NCBI GenBank assembly: GCA_043228905.1
Contig: JBHGNT010000003.1
Span: forward strand, 2,418,001 to 2,482,000
Source: Azolla caroliniana
Lineage: Eukaryota; Plantae; Polypodiophyta
DNA length: 64,000 nucleotides
Reading direction: 5' to 3'
Shown here: piece after piece, positions 60,429 through 64,000 of the stretch
Layout: every line of letters starts with the position of its first letter
How positions within the stretch are numbered: position 1 is the first letter of the stretch
Translations under genes and position numbers: made by a program
The notes under the pieces: model-generated
Seen by the model: only the letters and a program-made list of their open reading frames with translations
What the model was told of the DNA's origin: nothing
The model's database searches: none

Positions 60429-63400
60429 TCAGAAACCATTGGCCCAGCATTTGACAGTGTCGCCGGCGAGTGTGCCGAGCTGGAACGTCCCGTTGAACTC
60501 GTCGATAATCCAAAATGGACCGGTCCACCGAAATCTTAATTTGCCCGGCATTGACCCGAGTCGTGTTTGAAAAAGAAGAACCGGTTTGCTGATGGTGAGC
60601 TCCTCTAGCCCGTTTCGATGTCGATCCACGAAAGCCTTGCGTTGTCGTTGGCATTGTTCGAGTTGGACCATACTCTCTATCCTGTCTTCGCCGAGTTCGA
60701 GGAGTTGTTCCAGCCGGTATTGCTCGGATTGGGCCTCGGGGAGCCATGCTTTGACTTGAACTCGGAGGCTCGGGACTTGGACCTCGACGGGCATTACAGC
60801 TTCTAACCCGAACACCATTCGAAAGGGGGTTGATTGGATGCTGGTTTTGAAAATCGTACGATACGCCCACAACGCGCTCTGGAGTTTGTCATCCCAATCG
60901 GTCCTGTTTTCATTGACGATCTTCTTCAGTATGGTTTGGAGGATTTTATTGGTCGATTCCGCCAAGCCGTTCGCCTGCGGGTAGTATGGTGTGCTTTTCT
61001 TGTGCACCACCGCGTAGTGGTGTGTAAGCTCACGTATTATATGATTGATGAAGTGCCCACCTTGGTCACTAACGAGCTCGATTGGGCATCCGTAACAGCA
61101 CCAAAGATGCTCATACACGAATTTAGCCGTGGATGCCGCCATGTTGTCTCGAAGAGCTTTAGACTCGACCCATTTGGTGCAGTAGTCTGTGGCAACGATA
61201 ATATACATATTCCCTGTACGGGACGCAGGTGGTTTGAAAGGGCCTACAAAATCCAAACCCCATTTTTGAAATGGGTCCAACGGAAGAATCGGCTGGTGTG
61301 GGATGCGTGACTGTTCCATTGGTTGCCCCAATCGTTGGCACAAATCGCACTGCCGGCAAAACTCGTGAGCGTCTCTCTTCGTTGTCGGCCACCACAATCC
61401 ACTTTGCCAAATCTTCCTTTCCATGGAATCCCTGGCGTAGTGCCCCCCAGCTATTCCCTGGTGGGCCTCTTGAAGAACGGCGTTCTTCTCGAATTGCCGA
61501 ATCGCTCGGCGTCATATGCCGTCTGAGCCTTGGTGGTAGAGAATGTCCGAGACGAGGCAAAAATTCCGGCCACGCACTGCTAGACGTTTTCTCGTGTCAA
61601 GGGGCATGTGCTCGGGAAGTAAACCGGTAGTGAGAAAATGGGTCATCTCCGTGATCCATTCATCTTCGTTATCGTCTGGCATCGTGATCAGGTTAAATAG
61701 GTTGGCGTCCGGTAGCTCGTCGTACGTTGTTTTCGCCGGTTCCCCTGACTCAAGACGGCTCAACTAGTCGGCGACGGCGTGTTGTACCCCGGGTCGATGC
61801 TGAATCTGGAAGTCAAACTCTTGGAGTAGGAGCATCCACCGAGCCAACCATCCGGTGAGGGCTTGTTTATTGACCAAATAAAGAAGGGTCGGGTGATCCA
61901 CGTGAAAGGTAAACTTCCGGCCCAAGAGGTAATGCCGGAATTTATTGATGCTATAAATCATACCGAGGGTCTCCCACTCGATGGTGGAGTAATTCTTTTC
62001 TGCGGTCGAGAGCCGTCGGCTGGCGTAGTAAACGGGCCTATACCAATTCGGGGGTGTGCATTGCATCAGGGCACTTCCGATGGCGATGTCTGAAGCATCT
62101 ACGAAGACATGAAACGGTTCAGACCAAAATGGAGGCAGGACCATCGGGGCATGTGAGAGCATTAGTTTCAGGGTCTGATAGGCCATGTCCTCGATTGACG
62201 TCCATTGGAAGGGAAGGTGATGGACTGCCGCGTGTAAAGGTGTCGCGAAATGGGCCACGTGTCGTATCATTCGGTTGTGTCACCGGATCTGTCCCAAAAA
62301 TCAGCTTAGTGCCTTAGCGTTTGAGGGTGCGGAAGCGGTCAAGATGGCCTTTACTTTATCCGGGTCCATAGCGATGCCTTCTTGACTGACAATGTGGCCG
62401 AGAAGGTTGCTGCTGGTAACTAAGAACGCGCATTTCGCCGGGTTTAAGCTCAATCGAGCTTGGCAACATCGGTCCAGGCAGAGTCGTAACTAGGTCATGT
62501 GTTCCCGTCGATGGCCATACACGGCGAAATCGTCGAGAAATACTTGCATGAACGCCGGGATGTAGTCATGAAAGATTTCGGTAATGATGTGCTGGAACAT
62601 AGCCGGCGCCGTTTTTAGACCGAACATCATTACTTCTGCTACCAAAACACCCCATTCCGTGACAAAAGCGGTTTTCTCCTGATCGTTCGGGTGCATTCGT
62701 ATCTGGTTATAGCCGCTGAACCCATCGAGGAAACTGTAGCATTCGTGGCCGGCTACCCTGTCGAGGACACTGTTCGTGAAGGGGAGAGGGAAACCGTCAG
62801 TGACTGTTGCTGCGTTAAGCTTCCGATAGTCGACGCAGACGCGGATTTTTCCATTCTTCTTTGGGACTACTACGATCAAGCTCAACCACGTGGCCCGTTT
62901 AACAGGGTGAATGAAGCCCACTCGTAGTAGTTTGTCGATTTCCTCTTTGACTTTAGCGGCGTAGTTGGGGTTCATCCTGTAGCGCCTCTGTTGAACCGGG
63001 CGAGTGTCGAGTACGAGGTGGATTTGATGTTGGTAGTATTGAGGATCCAGCCCCTTCATATCGGTGTAAGACCAAGAGAAAACATCCTAGTAGTCGATGA
63101 GCAATCGTACGAGGGATGCCCGTTCTCCGGTTGGTAGATTATTGGCAATTTGTAACATACGGGGATTCTCGTCCGAGCCGAGGTTTATTGTTTCCAGGGT
63201 TGATGCTTTGACTCGTTGTGAAATGGCGAGTTCGCGTTCGAAAGCGTCCCGAGCATGGCGTAGCTCGGCAACTGTGGTTGGATCTGGTTCATCTTGGGGT
63301 GGTGATTCCTCCGTGACTTCCTCGTCTTTAGGTGGCTCGATGGTTGGTAAGGCATTGATTTCAAAGAGAGGGATGATCGTGGGATGATCATCTAGGAAGT

Positions 63401-63974
63401 TATCGACCTCCTCATCGGCCAAACCGTCAAGCATATGGACCCCTTCCGCGTATAACGGCGACGTGTTGAGGGCGACGGGGACTCGTTCTTCAGTGATGAT
63501 TCGGACTTTTGTCTTGCCTCTTCGGAACGAGATCATGTTGCGTTGCCAATGTTGCTTGATATTCGCTGTACGCAACCATGGTCGACCTAGTAACATTGGG
63601 TAGGCGCCTTGTGTCTCCAGTCTTAGTACGACGGCCGAGATCATGAACATGTGGCCTCCGAGTGTGAAATCGAGATGGCAGATTAAACCAATGGGGCGAA
63701 CGGAGCGGGTGTTGGCCATCCGAAGCCAAAAGGGGCATGGTTCCCATTGATTCAGGCCAAGGTTGTGACACGTTGACTCACTAATAACGTTTACGTCGGA
63801 TCCGCCGTCGATGATGCATCCGTGCAGGTCCTGGCCCTTAATGATGATTCGCACGGCTAGGTTCTGAGAATCCATGACTGGTGGACCTGTGCCTGCTTCG
63901 GTGAGGTGTACCGGTGGTGTCATGGGCTTAGTATTGGCTTGGAGTGCTGCCAGGGTGTCCCGAAATCTCGGCAT
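60429..63974 (-). pseudogene. pol: Gypsy pol polyprotein (PR-RT-RH-INT) interrupted by stops and frameshifts
   Basis: ORFs 63087-63974, 62490-63059, 61764-62270, 61512-61763 and 60429-61424 carry the canonical motifs in order. Confidence 0.92.
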
Positions 63975-64000
63975 GAGTGGTAACAGTTTATGTAGGGGCA

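Larger units (their letters stand above)
56150..64000 (-). mobile_element. Ty3/Gypsy non-chromovirus LTR retrotransposon (runs off the window end), degenerate
   Basis: Domain order is PR (IIDGGSDVN), RT (RVCVDYRKLN, FLDD), RH (VDAS, DH) and INT (WGLDFVGP, PQANGLAE, WTGPF), followed by accessory ORFs and an LTR. The region is GC-rich. Confidence 0.93.

Noticed and set aside
56666-63771. Numerous plus-strand ORFs over the Gypsy element, and antisense ORFs over the DUF247 genes
   Set aside because: They are shadow ORFs of GC-richer coding sequence on the opposite strand.

Overview
This is AT-rich eukaryotic land-plant DNA. A non-angiosperm such as a fern is a guess from gene and retroelement divergence, not something the sequence shows. 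The background is a birth-and-death cluster of intronless DUF247/UPF0481 genes: 3 intact, 1 C-terminally frameshifted, 1 doubly frameshifted and 4 fragments. The cluster is built from shuffled direct and inverted segmental duplications and also holds CYP85-clan P450 fragments and degenerate Copia, Gypsy, LINE and possibly hAT remnants. The standout is an 8,914-bp DNA transposon at 32338-41251, with 36-bp TIRs (35/36 identical) and a TATC target-site duplication. It carries two divergent genes: a Sola-like DDD transposase (- strand) and a six-exon, ~974-aa gene (+ strand) fusing a ParB/Srx-like domain to a complete prokaryote-type beta-class N6-adenine/N4-cytosine DNA methyltransferase (DIPY ... 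NPYQKP ... DLFSGTGTT). Intron 1 of that gene contains four phased 25-bp palindromes. All family assignments come from reading motifs by eye; no database search was run.
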